Positions 19,440-29,517 of a DNA stretch of 64,000 nt are shown here, piece by piece; position 1 is the stretch's first letter; each line of letters begins with the position of its first letter. The notes beneath the pieces are model-generated. The model did not search any database and had not been told where the DNA came from. It saw nothing but the letters and a program-made list of their open reading frames with translations. Source of the DNA: Archangium sp. (lineage in GTDB: Bacteria; Myxococcota; Myxococcia; Myxococcales; Myxococcaceae); NCBI GenBank assembly GCA_047600485.1, contig JASGKS010000001.1:6720259-6784258 (forward strand), in the 5' to 3' direction. The position numbers were made by a program, and so were the translations under genes.

Positions 19440-20390
19440 ATGAAGAAGCTCGCGCTCGCTGCCGTGTCCGTCGCCGTGCTGGCCGTCGTGCTCTGGCCTG
19501 CGTCTCTCCCCGCGGTTCAGCCGCACTCCTTCGTGCCCTTGCCGACGGCGACCACGCCGCTCACCGTGTGCTGGGTCGACACGGGAGGCCTCGACGCTCC
19601 CGCGCGCTACGGAGCTGCGGGGTTGCCGACCGCCGATGCATGGCACGTCACCTCAGCGGCGCTGCTGGTGCGCCACCCGAAAGGCGACGTGCTCATCGAC
19701 GCAGGGCTCTCGCCGAACGCCCAGCACGAAGCGAACGAGCTCGGGGCGTGGAAGCGCTTCGTCTTCTCGCAGACTGCGGGGCGCAATCAGCCGCGACGCT
19801 CGCTCACCGAAGCGCTGCGGCAGCTCGGCGTGACGAAGCTCACCGCCGTGATTCTCTCGCACGCGCACCCCGACCACATGGGTGGACTGGTGGCGCTCCG
19901 TGACGCGCCTGTGTGGCTCGCCGCCGAAGAGAAGACGTTCATCGAGAGTGGCAACACGGTGGTGATTCCCGCGCACGCTCGAGCGGTGAGCGGTCGCATG
20001 GCCGCGTTGAACTTCGAGCGCGTGCCATTCGCGAACTCCGATACGCGGGCCGACGTCTTCGGCGACGGCTCGGTGGTGGTGACACCCGCGTTCGGCCACA
20101 CGCCCGGCAGCATCAACACCTTCATCAATGCTCCCGGCGGGCGGCTGGTGCACGTGGGTGACCTCATCAACCTCCGCGAGTCGCTCACGCGCGAAGTGCC
20201 GAAGTCGTTCGCCATGCGAATGCTCACCGACGAAGACGTGCACGCCACGTCGGAGCAGGTCGCGCGTCTGGTCGAGCTGAGCAAGGCCGACCCGAAGCTC
20301 ACCATTCTCCCCGCGCACGACAGGCCCGGGTGGTCGGCGCTCTTCGGTGACGACGGCCTCGCGGGCGCGCCACCGTGTGTCCAGTGGTGA
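19440..20390 (+). CDS. MBL-fold hydrolase, N-acyl-homoserine-lactonase-like, secreted
   Basis: Signal peptide [28 protein letters not shown] zinc motif. Confidence 0.7.
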   Translation: MKKLALAAVSVAVLAVVLWPASLPAVQPHSFVPLPTATTPLTVCWVDTGGLDAPARYGAAGLPTADAWHVTSAALLVRHPKGDVLIDAGLSPNAQHEANELGAWKRFVFSQTAGRNQPRRSLTEALRQLGVTKLTAVILSHAHPDHMGGLVALRDAPVWLAAEEKTFIESGNTVVIPAHARAVSGRMAALNFERVPFANSDTRADVFGDGSVVVTPAFGHTPGSINTFINAPGGRLVHVGDLINLRESLTREVPKSFAMRMLTDEDVHATSEQVARLVELSKADPKLTILPAHDRPGWSALFGDDGLAGAPPCVQW

Positions 20391-20454
20391 AGCCGGCGCG
20401 CGTAATACTTCCGAGCTATTTCCGGCTCTCGCCCGCGCAGCTACGAATCGACGG

Positions 20455-21435
<981 letters not shown>

Positions 21436-21438
21436 AGT

Positions 21439-22866
21439 TCAGAAGCGATCGTCGGCCGGCCCGACCGTCGTGACCGGCGGAGTGATGAGCACCTGCTGCT
21501 GGCTGCCCGGAGTGACCGGCAACACCAGCGTGAAGCGGCTGCCCTTGTTCATCTCGCTGGCCACGCGCACCACGCCGCCGTGGCCCTCGACGAAGCTCTT
21601 CACGATGGCGAGCCCGAGGCCCGCGCCGCCGTACTCGCGCGTCGACGACGAATCGACCTGGTAGAAGCTGTGGAAGATCTTGTCGAATTGATCAGCCGGA
21701 ATGCCGACCCCGGAGTCCTCGACGAGAATGCGGTAGCCGGGCGCGTTCAGGTCGGGTTGCTGCTGCACCTCGGTCAACGTCACCGACACCTTGCCGCCCT
21801 TGGGCGTGAACTTCACGGCGTTGGTCAGCAGGTTCACGACCACCTGGCGCAGGCGATCTCGATCTCCGGTCACCATCGCCATGCGCGGCGGCACCTTCGC
21901 CTCGAGAATCACGCCCTTCTTCGCGGTCTGCGGCTTGAGCGAGCTCACCGACGAATTGATCAGCTCCACCGCGTCCATCGGCTCGAAGTTGAGACGCACC
22001 TTGCCCGCTTCGATCTGCGAGATGTCGAGAATGCTGCTGATCAACTTCAGCAGGGTCTCGCCCTTCTCCATGATGGTGCGCACGTAGTCGAGCTGCTCAC
22101 CGTTGAGCGCGCCGGCGAGCCCTTCAGCCAGCATCTCCGAGTAGCCGATGATGCTGGTGAGCGGCGTGCGCAGCTCGTGACTCACCGTCGCGAGGAAGGC
22201 GCTCTTCAGGCGATCGAGTTCCTTCAGCTTGGTGTTCGCGTCTTCGAGGCGCTTGTTCCGTTCTTCGAGCTCGCGGTTGCTGTCGAGCGTCGCCTCGATG
22301 TGCAGCTGCGAGGTGAGGAACATCTTCTGGCCGCCGAACAACATCGTCTGCAGCAGCTGCCCGAAGTGCAGCATCACGCGCGCGATGGTGCCTTCCGGAG
22401 CGCGACGCACCTTCTCGACCAGCGCCTTCGCGTTGCCGATGTCGAAGCCTTCCGAAATCTCGGTCAGCGTGCGTGGCGCGAAGTCGCGCAGGTCTTCGGG
22501 GAAGAACGGGCCGAACACCACGCGGCCGAGCGTGTCGCCTTCCCACATGATGGGCACGATGAGGTACCGCAGCCCCGTGAAGCACGGCACGGTCAACATG
22601 CCCTTGCTCGCGGGAATCAGGTCGGGCTCGAGCACCGGCAACCGCGCGCCGTGCGAGAGCGCGAGCGGCCCGTCTTTCACGCGACCGACCGTCGCCGTGC
22701 AGCGCCGCCGCCCCTCGGGGAACGAGAACACGTAGCCGCAGAAGTCGCCGTTGCCGATCTTGATGTCGGCGATCTTCCCGCCCTTGTCGTCGAACACCTT
22801 GATGCCCACCCGGTACAGCTCGACGAAGCCCTTCACCACCTCGGTGAAGGACTCGGTGTCGAGCAT
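21439..22866 (-). CDS. Cytoplasmic sensor histidine kinase (N-terminal PAS-variant/PocR-like sensor, HisKA, HATPase_c)
   Basis: H-box ATVSHELRTPLTSI. N/G boxes LLTNAVKFT, DSGVGIP, GGAGLGLAIV. No TM segments. The true start is MLDTESF at 22866, and the upstream part of the long ORF is out-of-frame artefact. Confidence 0.85.
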   Translation of the reverse strand: MLDTESFTEVVKGFVELYRVGIKVFDDKGGKIADIKIGNGDFCGYVFSFPEGRRRCTATVGRVKDGPLALSHGARLPVLEPDLIPASKGMLTVPCFTGLRYLIVPIMWEGDTLGRVVFGPFFPEDLRDFAPRTLTEISEGFDIGNAKALVEKVRRAPEGTIARVMLHFGQLLQTMLFGGQKMFLTSQLHIEATLDSNRELEERNKRLEDANTKLKELDRLKSAFLATVSHELRTPLTSIIGYSEMLAEGLAGALNGEQLDYVRTIMEKGETLLKLISSILDISQIEAGKVRLNFEPMDAVELINSSVSSLKPQTAKKGVILEAKVPPRMAMVTGDRDRLRQVVVNLLTNAVKFTPKGGKVSVTLTEVQQQPDLNAPGYRILVEDSGVGIPADQFDKIFHSFYQVDSSSTREYGGAGLGLAIVKSFVEGHGGVVRVASEMNKGSRFTLVLPVTPGSQQQVLITPPVTTVGPADDRF

Positions 22867-22910
22867 CTCGGAGAGCGAGATGCGTCGCTGAAGGACGGAC
22901 TCGCCCTGTC

Positions 22911-23615
22911 TCACGGGCGCGCTCCCTGCCGCGGAGGCAGCACCTTCTCGAGCTCGGTGCCGGTGACGTCGATGTTGGCGAAGACCTGGGTGAGGAATTC
23001 CTTCTCGGTGAGGCCGATGGCCTTGCTCAACGACGCGCGCGCTTCGAGCGAGCGGTAGGCGCTCTGCAGCACCGCGAACAACGTCTCGAGCACGCCGACC
23101 CCGCGAATGGCGATGGCGCCGACCACCGGCTCCTTGCCCTTCTTGCGCGTCTCTTCGATCTCCGCGTCGGTCTTGGTGTCGGGGAGATCTCGCTTGTTGT
23201 ACTGAATGACGATCGGCGTCTGCGCGGGGTCGAGGTTGTTCTCCCGCATGTTCTCCTGCAGGTTCTTCCAGTACGCGTTGTTCTCCTGCGCGGCGGAGCG
23301 GCGGCTGTCGGCGATGAAGGCCACCGCGTCGGCGCCCTGCAACACGATGCGGCGCGTGGCGTTGTGAATCACCTGGCCGGGCACGGTGAACAGCTTCACC
23401 TTCACCTTGAAGCCGTTGGCGGTGCTGAAGAAGACGGGGAGCAGGTCGAAGAACAGCGTGCGGTCGTCGTGCGTTTCGACGGTGAGCAGCCGGCCCCTCA
23501 CCTCGGGGCTGGTCCGCTGATGCACCATCTGCAGGTTGGTCGTCTTCCCCGAGAGACCGGGGCCGTAATAGACGATCTTGACGGTGAGCTCGCGCTGCGC
23601 GTGATTCAGTTGCAC
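22911..23615 (-). CDS. MglA-family Ras-like small GTPase (MglA paralog) with about 40-aa C-terminal extension
   Basis: IVYYGPGLSGKTTNL P-loop, TDRTLFFD (Arg-finger position), YTVPGQV (catalytic Gln), IQYNKRD (G4). Closely parallels M. xanthus MglA. Sits 44 nt upstream of the histidine kinase. Confidence 0.85.
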   Translation of the reverse strand: MQLNHAQRELTVKIVYYGPGLSGKTTNLQMVHQRTSPEVRGRLLTVETHDDRTLFFDLLPVFFSTANGFKVKVKLFTVPGQVIHNATRRIVLQGADAVAFIADSRRSAAQENNAYWKNLQENMRENNLDPAQTPIVIQYNKRDLPDTKTDAEIEETRKKGKEPVVGAIAIRGVGVLETLFAVLQSAYRSLEARASLSKAIGLTEKEFLTQVFANIDVTGTELEKVLPPRQGARP

Positions 23616-23724
23616 GTCGGCGGAGTCTGCGTCCGAACGCGCGGCTCACCAAGCACAACCCTCCACAACCCGATCGGTGCGGTCACACCGTATTGCTGAT
23701 GTCCGAGCGCCACTGTGGCCGTTA

Positions 23725-23741
23725 CGCACACACGGTGTGCG
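23725..23741. promoter_or_regulatory. 7-bp inverted repeat CGCACAC-ACG-GTGTGCG in the MglA-like/GNAT divergent intergenic region
   Basis: Perfect 7-bp arms directly visible. A candidate regulator binding site. Confidence 0.3.
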
Positions 23742-23828
23742 TCATGAAATGTCTGCTCGTGCACGCCGTTGAAGTTGGTGGTTAGGATCAGATCCAACAG
23801 GCCGAGCAGAACTACTTACGGAGAGGCA

Positions 23829-24350
23829 ATGACTGAAAAGCAGCTGGACTCGGCCGGTTCGACTCCCACTCCCCCGATGCCCGTCCCGACCGACTGGAAG
23901 CAGGTGAAGTTCGCGGCGCCGACCGACGAAGACATGAACGCGCTCGCGCAGCTCCGCTCGGGTTCCGACCCGTGGAAGTCGCGCGGCGAGACGCAGGCCG
24001 AGAGCCTCGAGGCACTCACCAAACTTCGCCCGTTCATCTCGGTCGGCAAGTTCAACGGCGGGTTGAGCGGCTACGTGACCATCGAGCGTGACGGCCCGGT
24101 GCCCGGCGCGGCGTACCTGCGCAACATCGTCGTGAAGCCCGAGTTCCGTCAGAAGGGCCTCGGCCACGTGATGCTCGAGCAAGGTCTCTCGATGGCGCGC
24201 GACATGAACCGCAAGACGCTCGCGCTGCGCGTCGACCCGGCGAATGGCCCCGCCGTTTCCTTCTACCGCAAGGCCGGCTTCACCACGGTTGCCACGGTGG
24301 TGTCGAAGAAGAGCGGCAAGCTGCGGCTGTTGATGAGCCGCGAGCTGTAA
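23829..24350 (+). CDS. GNAT family N-acetyltransferase
   Basis: True start MTEKQ with GGAGAGG RBS. GNAT motif RQKGLGHVMLEQ and FYRKAGF. Confidence 0.8.
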   Translation: MTEKQLDSAGSTPTPPMPVPTDWKQVKFAAPTDEDMNALAQLRSGSDPWKSRGETQAESLEALTKLRPFISVGKFNGGLSGYVTIERDGPVPGAAYLRNIVVKPEFRQKGLGHVMLEQGLSMARDMNRKTLALRVDPANGPAVSFYRKAGFTTVATVVSKKSGKLRLLMSREL

Positions 24351-24434
24351 GTCGCCCGCACTCACTCTTCGCGCGGTGCACGAGCGCCCTGATCTCCCAC
24401 GAGGTCAGGGCGTTGGTGTTTCCAAGCTCGTCGA

Positions 24435-25013
24435 CTACTTGAGCGCCTGCGTCTCTTTGTCCTGCGGGAGCGTGGCCTTCGCGAGCTCGAGCAATTTCTT
24501 CCGCGCGGGCTTCATGTCGAACGTGCCCTGCGGCACCCAGCGACCGCCCTGCTTGCCGAGCGCGAACAACACCTCGTTGCACGAGAAGCTCACCACCGCT
24601 TCGAGCGTGTCGAGGCCCACCTGCATCTGGAACGAGAGGTGCGGCACGAAGCGGCACTTCGCGACGTCGGCGTCGAAGCGGTAGCTCTTGTCGTCGTAGA
24701 GCGCCGAGCGCAGCGCCTCGAGCGACTTGGCGTCGAGCTCGTTGCCCGGGTTGCCGCGCACGAAGTCACTCAAGATGGCCTTCGTCGGGTCAGGCCGCAG
24801 CCCGCCTGAATCAGCCACGCGAAACACCTGCACCTTCGTCGCGTTGGCGATGCCGTTGAGCACCGTGTCTCCGAGTGCTTCGCTCACCTTCGGCATCGGC
24901 TCGGTCACCGGCGGAGGCGGAGGCGGCGGCCCCTTCTTCTTCGGCGCCTTCGGTGCCGCGGCTGACGCGACGAACGCGGTGAGGAAGACGACGAGCAGAG
25001 TGAGGCGCTTCAT
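24435..25013 (-). CDS. Secreted hypothetical protein
   Basis: Signal peptide MKRLTLLVVFLTAFVASAAA followed by a PPPPPPP linker. Confidence 0.55.
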   Translation of the reverse strand: MKRLTLLVVFLTAFVASAAAPKAPKKKGPPPPPPPVTEPMPKVSEALGDTVLNGIANATKVQVFRVADSGGLRPDPTKAILSDFVRGNPGNELDAKSLEALRSALYDDKSYRFDADVAKCRFVPHLSFQMQVGLDTLEAVVSFSCNEVLFALGKQGGRWVPQGTFDMKPARKKLLELAKATLPQDKETQALK

Positions 25014-25025
25014 GGCGCCCTTCTG

Positions 25026-26180
25026 TCACGAGCCAGCGGCGAGGGGAAAGAAGTCCGCCAGCAGCTGCTCTGACCGTCGTGGTGGTGTCCCGGGAACCCG
25101 CTTCAACGGAGGCAACACCGGGCTCACCGTGCGCGCCATCACCACTCGCAACGAGTCGCGCAGCCGCACCCAGTCTTCGTCGTCGCGCGGGAGCGTGTCG
25201 GCCAGCTCGGCCCACGCGCGCACACGGTGCACGCCGCCCGTGAGCGGAATGCGACCCGGCGCTCCGCCCATCAACTCGTGCGCGAGCATCAGCAACGCCG
25301 CGCGCGCGTCTTCACCGAGCACCGCCGCGCCCTCGGTGTGCCGCTGCAGCAGGAACTTGAGCGCCTCGCTCTCCTCTTCTTCCTGCACGCGCACGGGCGC
25401 GAAGTGCTCGGTGACGAACTGCGTGCGCAGCGCGAGGGCGTGCGTGCGCCAGAACTCGGCGGCGGCCAGCACCGCCGGGCCGCTCTTCGTCTTCGCGCGC
25501 CCACTCTGTCGCGGTGCGACGGCCGCGCGGCTCTTGAGCCACCGCTCGACGCCGCCGGTGCTGTCGACGCGCGCGATGCGAGCCCAGGCTTCGGCGAGCG
25601 CGTTCTCTCCGTCACGCCACACCGGCCGCAGCCGCTCGTGGTCTTCGAACGTGAACGACACGGTGCGCGCCTGCCGCGGGCGGCCGAACACCTTCGACAC
25701 CTCTTCGTGAAAGCGCGCCAGCCGCGCGACGAGCGGGTCTTCGGCGTCGAGCACTTCGCTGGCCGCCGTCTCCCGCTCGTGAATCGCCACCTTGCGCGTC
25801 AGGCCGATGGTCGAGACGACCAATTGCTCGAGCGACTCGTACTCGCGCGACGTCACCGCTTCGTCGAGCGACGAGAGCAACTTCGCGACGCGCTCCACGA
25901 GGGTGCGCACCGCGCTGGCCTTCGCCCAGTTCTCGCTCGTGGCGCGTCGACGTGCGCGTTCCACCAGAGGCCGCAGCTCGGGCAGCGAACGAATCACCGC
26001 GCGCGCGATGTCGGCCACTTCACGCACCCGCGTGCGCCAACGCCAGCTCTCGAGTGCGGGCACCAGCGCCTCGAGCCGCAATCTCGACGCTTCGAGGAGA
26101 GCCGCTCCACCTTCGAGCGCACGCACGTGGTCCTGGTCGGAAGCCGAGCTCAACGCGAGGGAGTCTGACCCAAAACGCAA
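25026..26180 (-). CDS. Hypothetical protein
   Basis: 384 aa, co-directional and 12 nt upstream of the secreted protein. No recognisable domain. Confidence 0.45.
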   Translation of the reverse strand: MRFGSDSLALSSASDQDHVRALEGGAALLEASRLRLEALVPALESWRWRTRVREVADIARAVIRSLPELRPLVERARRRATSENWAKASAVRTLVERVAKLLSSLDEAVTSREYESLEQLVVSTIGLTRKVAIHERETAASEVLDAEDPLVARLARFHEEVSKVFGRPRQARTVSFTFEDHERLRPVWRDGENALAEAWARIARVDSTGGVERWLKSRAAVAPRQSGRAKTKSGPAVLAAAEFWRTHALALRTQFVTEHFAPVRVQEEEESEALKFLLQRHTEGAAVLGEDARAALLMLAHELMGGAPGRIPLTGGVHRVRAWAELADTLPRDDEDWVRLRDSLRVVMARTVSPVLPPLKRVPGTPPRRSEQLLADFFPLAAGS

Positions 26181-26224
26181 CTCCGCGGGGCTCAGCGTGT
26201 TGGTTCAGCTACGGTTCTCCTCCC

Positions 26225-27079
26225 ATGTTCCTCCCGGTGGTCGTCTGTCTGCTCGCGCTCGGCGCGGCACCCGAGAAGTCCGCGCCCGCGCCGGCCGATG
26301 CCAGGCCTCGCCTGGTGGTGAACGAGTTCGTCGGGCTGCGGGTCGCGCCAGAAGAAGCGCAGGCCGTGAGCGACGCGGTGGTGACGTACCTCGCCGGCCG
26401 TGGGCTGTTCGAAGTGCTCGGGCCGCGCGACATTCAGACGCTGCTGGGCGCTGACCGTCAGCGCCAGCTGCTCGGCGCCTGCGAGTCGGACGCCGTCGGT
26501 TGCAGTCTCGATTTGTCGAAGCTGGTGTCGGCGCGCTTCGTGTTGTCGGGCCAGCTCGCGCGCGTCGGCACCGCGTACCAGCTCACGCTGCAGATGGTGG
26601 ACACCGAGCGCACGCAGACCTCGGCGCGCAGCAGCAAGCTCGCCGGTTCGCTCGAGGCGATTCGCGAGTTGGTGCCGTACGCCGCGTCGGAAGCGACGGG
26701 TTCGCCGCTGCCTCCGCCGCCCTCACGCGCGATTCCCATCACGTTGCTGGTGGTGGGGGCGGCGACGGCGCTCTCGGGTGCGGGCGTCGAAGTGCTCGCG
26801 CTGTCGCGTGAAGCCCAGCTCAACGACGAGCTGTGCCCGGGTGGGCCGTTGCCCGATGGCCGGTGCGCCGGAGTCAGTCTGCGTCCGCGCGACTTCTACG
26901 TGCAGCAGCAAAACTCGCTCACCGTGCAGAAGGTCGTCGGCATCGGCGTGATGGCAGCGGGCGCGGTGTTGCTCGGTCTGGGCATCTGGTTGATGCCGCC
27001 CGACGACGCGCGCACGCGCATCAGCGCGCGGCTGGTGCCCACGCCCAACGGCTTCGCGGTCGCAGGAGGGTTCTGGTGA
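26225..27079 (+). CDS. Secreted/membrane-anchored hypothetical protein (TolB-N/CsgG-like periplasmic fold, C-terminal TM)
   Basis: True start MFLPVVVCLLALGAA. Its stop overlaps the start of the next gene (TGATG). Confidence 0.55.
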   Translation: MFLPVVVCLLALGAAPEKSAPAPADARPRLVVNEFVGLRVAPEEAQAVSDAVVTYLAGRGLFEVLGPRDIQTLLGADRQRQLLGACESDAVGCSLDLSKLVSARFVLSGQLARVGTAYQLTLQMVDTERTQTSARSSKLAGSLEAIRELVPYAASEATGSPLPPPPSRAIPITLLVVGAATALSGAGVEVLALSREAQLNDELCPGGPLPDGRCAGVSLRPRDFYVQQQNSLTVQKVVGIGVMAAGAVLLGLGIWLMPPDDARTRISARLVPTPNGFAVAGGFW

Positions 27080-29517
27080 TGCGTCGCGCTCTGCTCTTCC
27101 TCGGCGTCATCGCGCTCGTCACCGCCGCGTGCACCGGCGTCTTCTTCGACAAGGGCAACGCGTTCCCCTGCGACTTCAACGCGGGCCTCGGAGTGCGCGA
27201 CGCGGTGTGTGTCACCGGCGACGTGTGCGGCACCGACAATCTCTGCCACTCCTATATCTATGAGGGCCCGCGCTTCGAGGGCCCGGCGCGCGTACCGACC
27301 TTCGAGGACAACGAGTTCACGAAGCTGCACCCGCTCACGCTCGACCAGCCCGTGGTGTTCCTCGCCCGCGCGCCGACTGCGGAATCGGGGCCGCTCATCG
27401 CGCAGCTGGCCGACGGTCGCGTCATCACGTCGAACAAGAAGGGTCAGCTCGCGACCAGCCCCAACCCGCCCGACGCGTCGATTCGTGACGCCGTTTTCTA
27501 TCGCGGTGAGTTCGAGCTGCCGGGCAACAACGTCGTCGAGGCGCAGGCGCTCGCCGGTGTGCGCGCACTCCCGGGACAGTACGGGCCGCTGGCGTACTTC
27601 GCGGTGGTCATCGACGGTGGGCCGAGCGTCTCGAACAGCTCCGGCGACATCGCGCGCTCGCTGCGCATCACGCCGCCCGCGGGGCACGACTTGCTCCCCA
27701 CGCTGCAGGGCATCACGCCGCCGCAGGGCGGGCCGCAGGGTCAGATTTTCGCGGGAGAAATCGGGCTCGGCCCGCCCGCACTGGAGTTCAAGACGCTGTA
27801 CCCGTTGAGCATCGACGCGGGAGATCCCATCGACGTCGGGCTGTTGATGCGCAGCGCGCCGCTCGTCACCCCCGAGCCCGTCATCCTCACGCAGACCGCG
27901 CTGTGGGTGATGCGCACCGATGCAGGCTTCGACGAGTTCCCGGCTGGGCCGTTTCCCGGGACGGCGGTGATGCGCTTCAACGGGCCGGGGACGTTGATGT
28001 CGGTCGAGACCGCGAACGTGCTCTCGGCGTGGCAAATCGGAGTGACGCGCGGCGAACACACGCTGCAGCAGCCGTGGGCCGACTGCACACCGTGCCGAGG
28101 TACCGGAAATGTGATGCGGCGCGCGACGCCTCTCCCGCCGCAGCTCGGGTTGGGCGTCGAGGTGTTCTGCTTCAAGCCGTCGGGGCCGGGACAGACCGAG
28201 CCGCAGCTCCAGTTGTTGCAGGTCACCGGCAGCACCGCGGTGATGCCGAGCGACCCGTGCACCACCGAGACCGTCGCGCTTCCGCTCGACACGCGGCAGC
28301 TCAACGTCGTGACGAACATGGGGACGCAGGTGTCGGTGGTCGGCGCGGCGGGTCAACGCGGCGTCGCGGTGGGAGGCAAAGCCGGCCAGGTGTGGTTCGG
28401 CGAGACGCTCTCGACGATGCAGCCCATCAACCTCGATCGCGTTCCGCTCGACGTGACGACCACCGGCGTCGAGGCCGATGGCGTGACCTCGAATCGGCTG
28501 CTCGCCATCACCGACCGCTACACCGCGGTGAATCAGCCTCCGGTGCTCGGAAAGTTGCCTTCCGGTTTCCGCCGGCTCGACGCGCTCGAATTCGGCGGCA
28601 AGAGCTCGCTCACGTTGCTCGCCGCGATTCACGGCATCGAAGGCTGGGGCATTCAGAACGACGGCGTGCTCGTGAAGTTCGACATCGACGAGAGCGAGGC
28701 GACGGACTCGACGGTCTCGTTCGGGCCGCGCATCGTGACGCCCGCGGGTCAACCCATCGCCCAGACCATCGGTGGCGAGGCGTTCCTCGATCGCGACGGT
28801 GGGCCGCTCGCGATGGTCATCGCCGCCGACGACGCGCTCTATTACGTGCAGACCAAAGACGTGCAGCTCGGCGAACAATCGCTGACCAGCCTCGCGCCCG
28901 AACTGCAGCCCGAGCCGTCGGTTCCCATTCGCAGCCTCGCGCTCGAGCGCACGCCGCTCGGCACCGATGGCGTCGACCGCGCGCGCGGTTACCTCGTCAC
29001 CTCGCGCAACGTGTTCGAGTGGAAGCTGGGTGGCGCTCCGGCGCGTTGGAGCAGCCGGCCGCTCATCGTCTCCGACGGAGAGCCGATGGAAGTGTGGTTC
29101 GACACCACGCGCAGCGCACTCGGGCGCGTCGGCTATTCGGACGGTCGCATCTTCACCTTGCCCGGCGGCTACCAGCTCTCGGTACCGCTGCCCGCGGCCG
29201 ACGGCGGCACGCTCAAGATTCTCGACTACGAAAACTTCGGCGGCTGGCCGGTGGTGCTCGCGAGGCACGGCCTCTTCGTCGCGCGCTGGGACACCGACCC
29301 CAGCGGCAAGCTGCTCAACAAGTTCCCCGATGGCGGCGTGAATCGCCCGATGGAGTGGCGTGAAATCACCCAGCCGGGAGGACTTCGCCCGTGGGCCGAC
29401 CGTGAGCACGGCAAGCTGTTCGTCTCGAGTGAGCGAATCGCCGACGCGGGCACCGAGTACAAACTCTTCGTCTTCGTCGACGACGCCGTCTACCAGGCAG
29501 GCGCGTTCACCCGCTGA
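27079..29517 (+). CDS. Large lipoprotein (812 aa), hypothetical
   Basis: MRRALLFLGVIALVTAAC signal/lipobox. Gly/Thr/Pro-rich beta-rich composition. Its stop overlaps the recF start. Confidence 0.6.
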   Translation: MRRALLFLGVIALVTAACTGVFFDKGNAFPCDFNAGLGVRDAVCVTGDVCGTDNLCHSYIYEGPRFEGPARVPTFEDNEFTKLHPLTLDQPVVFLARAPTAESGPLIAQLADGRVITSNKKGQLATSPNPPDASIRDAVFYRGEFELPGNNVVEAQALAGVRALPGQYGPLAYFAVVIDGGPSVSNSSGDIARSLRITPPAGHDLLPTLQGITPPQGGPQGQIFAGEIGLGPPALEFKTLYPLSIDAGDPIDVGLLMRSAPLVTPEPVILTQTALWVMRTDAGFDEFPAGPFPGTAVMRFNGPGTLMSVETANVLSAWQIGVTRGEHTLQQPWADCTPCRGTGNVMRRATPLPPQLGLGVEVFCFKPSGPGQTEPQLQLLQVTGSTAVMPSDPCTTETVALPLDTRQLNVVTNMGTQVSVVGAAGQRGVAVGGKAGQVWFGETLSTMQPINLDRVPLDVTTTGVEADGVTSNRLLAITDRYTAVNQPPVLGKLPSGFRRLDALEFGGKSSLTLLAAIHGIEGWGIQNDGVLVKFDIDESEATDSTVSFGPRIVTPAGQPIAQTIGGEAFLDRDGGPLAMVIAADDALYYVQTKDVQLGEQSLTSLAPELQPEPSVPIRSLALERTPLGTDGVDRARGYLVTSRNVFEWKLGGAPARWSSRPLIVSDGEPMEVWFDTTRSALGRVGYSDGRIFTLPGGYQLSVPLPAADGGTLKILDYENFGGWPVVLARHGLFVARWDTDPSGKLLNKFPDGGVNRPMEWREITQPGGLRPWADREHGKLFVSSERIADAGTEYKLFVFVDDAVYQAGAFTR

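Noticed and set aside
21439-23658. 739-aa ORF spanning both the histidine-kinase and MglA regions
   Set aside because: The upstream 260 codons are an out-of-frame read-through over the MglA-like gene with His/Arg-rich junk. The kinase starts at MLDTESF (22866).
26896-29409. 837-aa minus-strand ORF
   Set aside because: Antisense to the 812-aa lipoprotein gene. Arg/Glu/Ala-rich and no domains.
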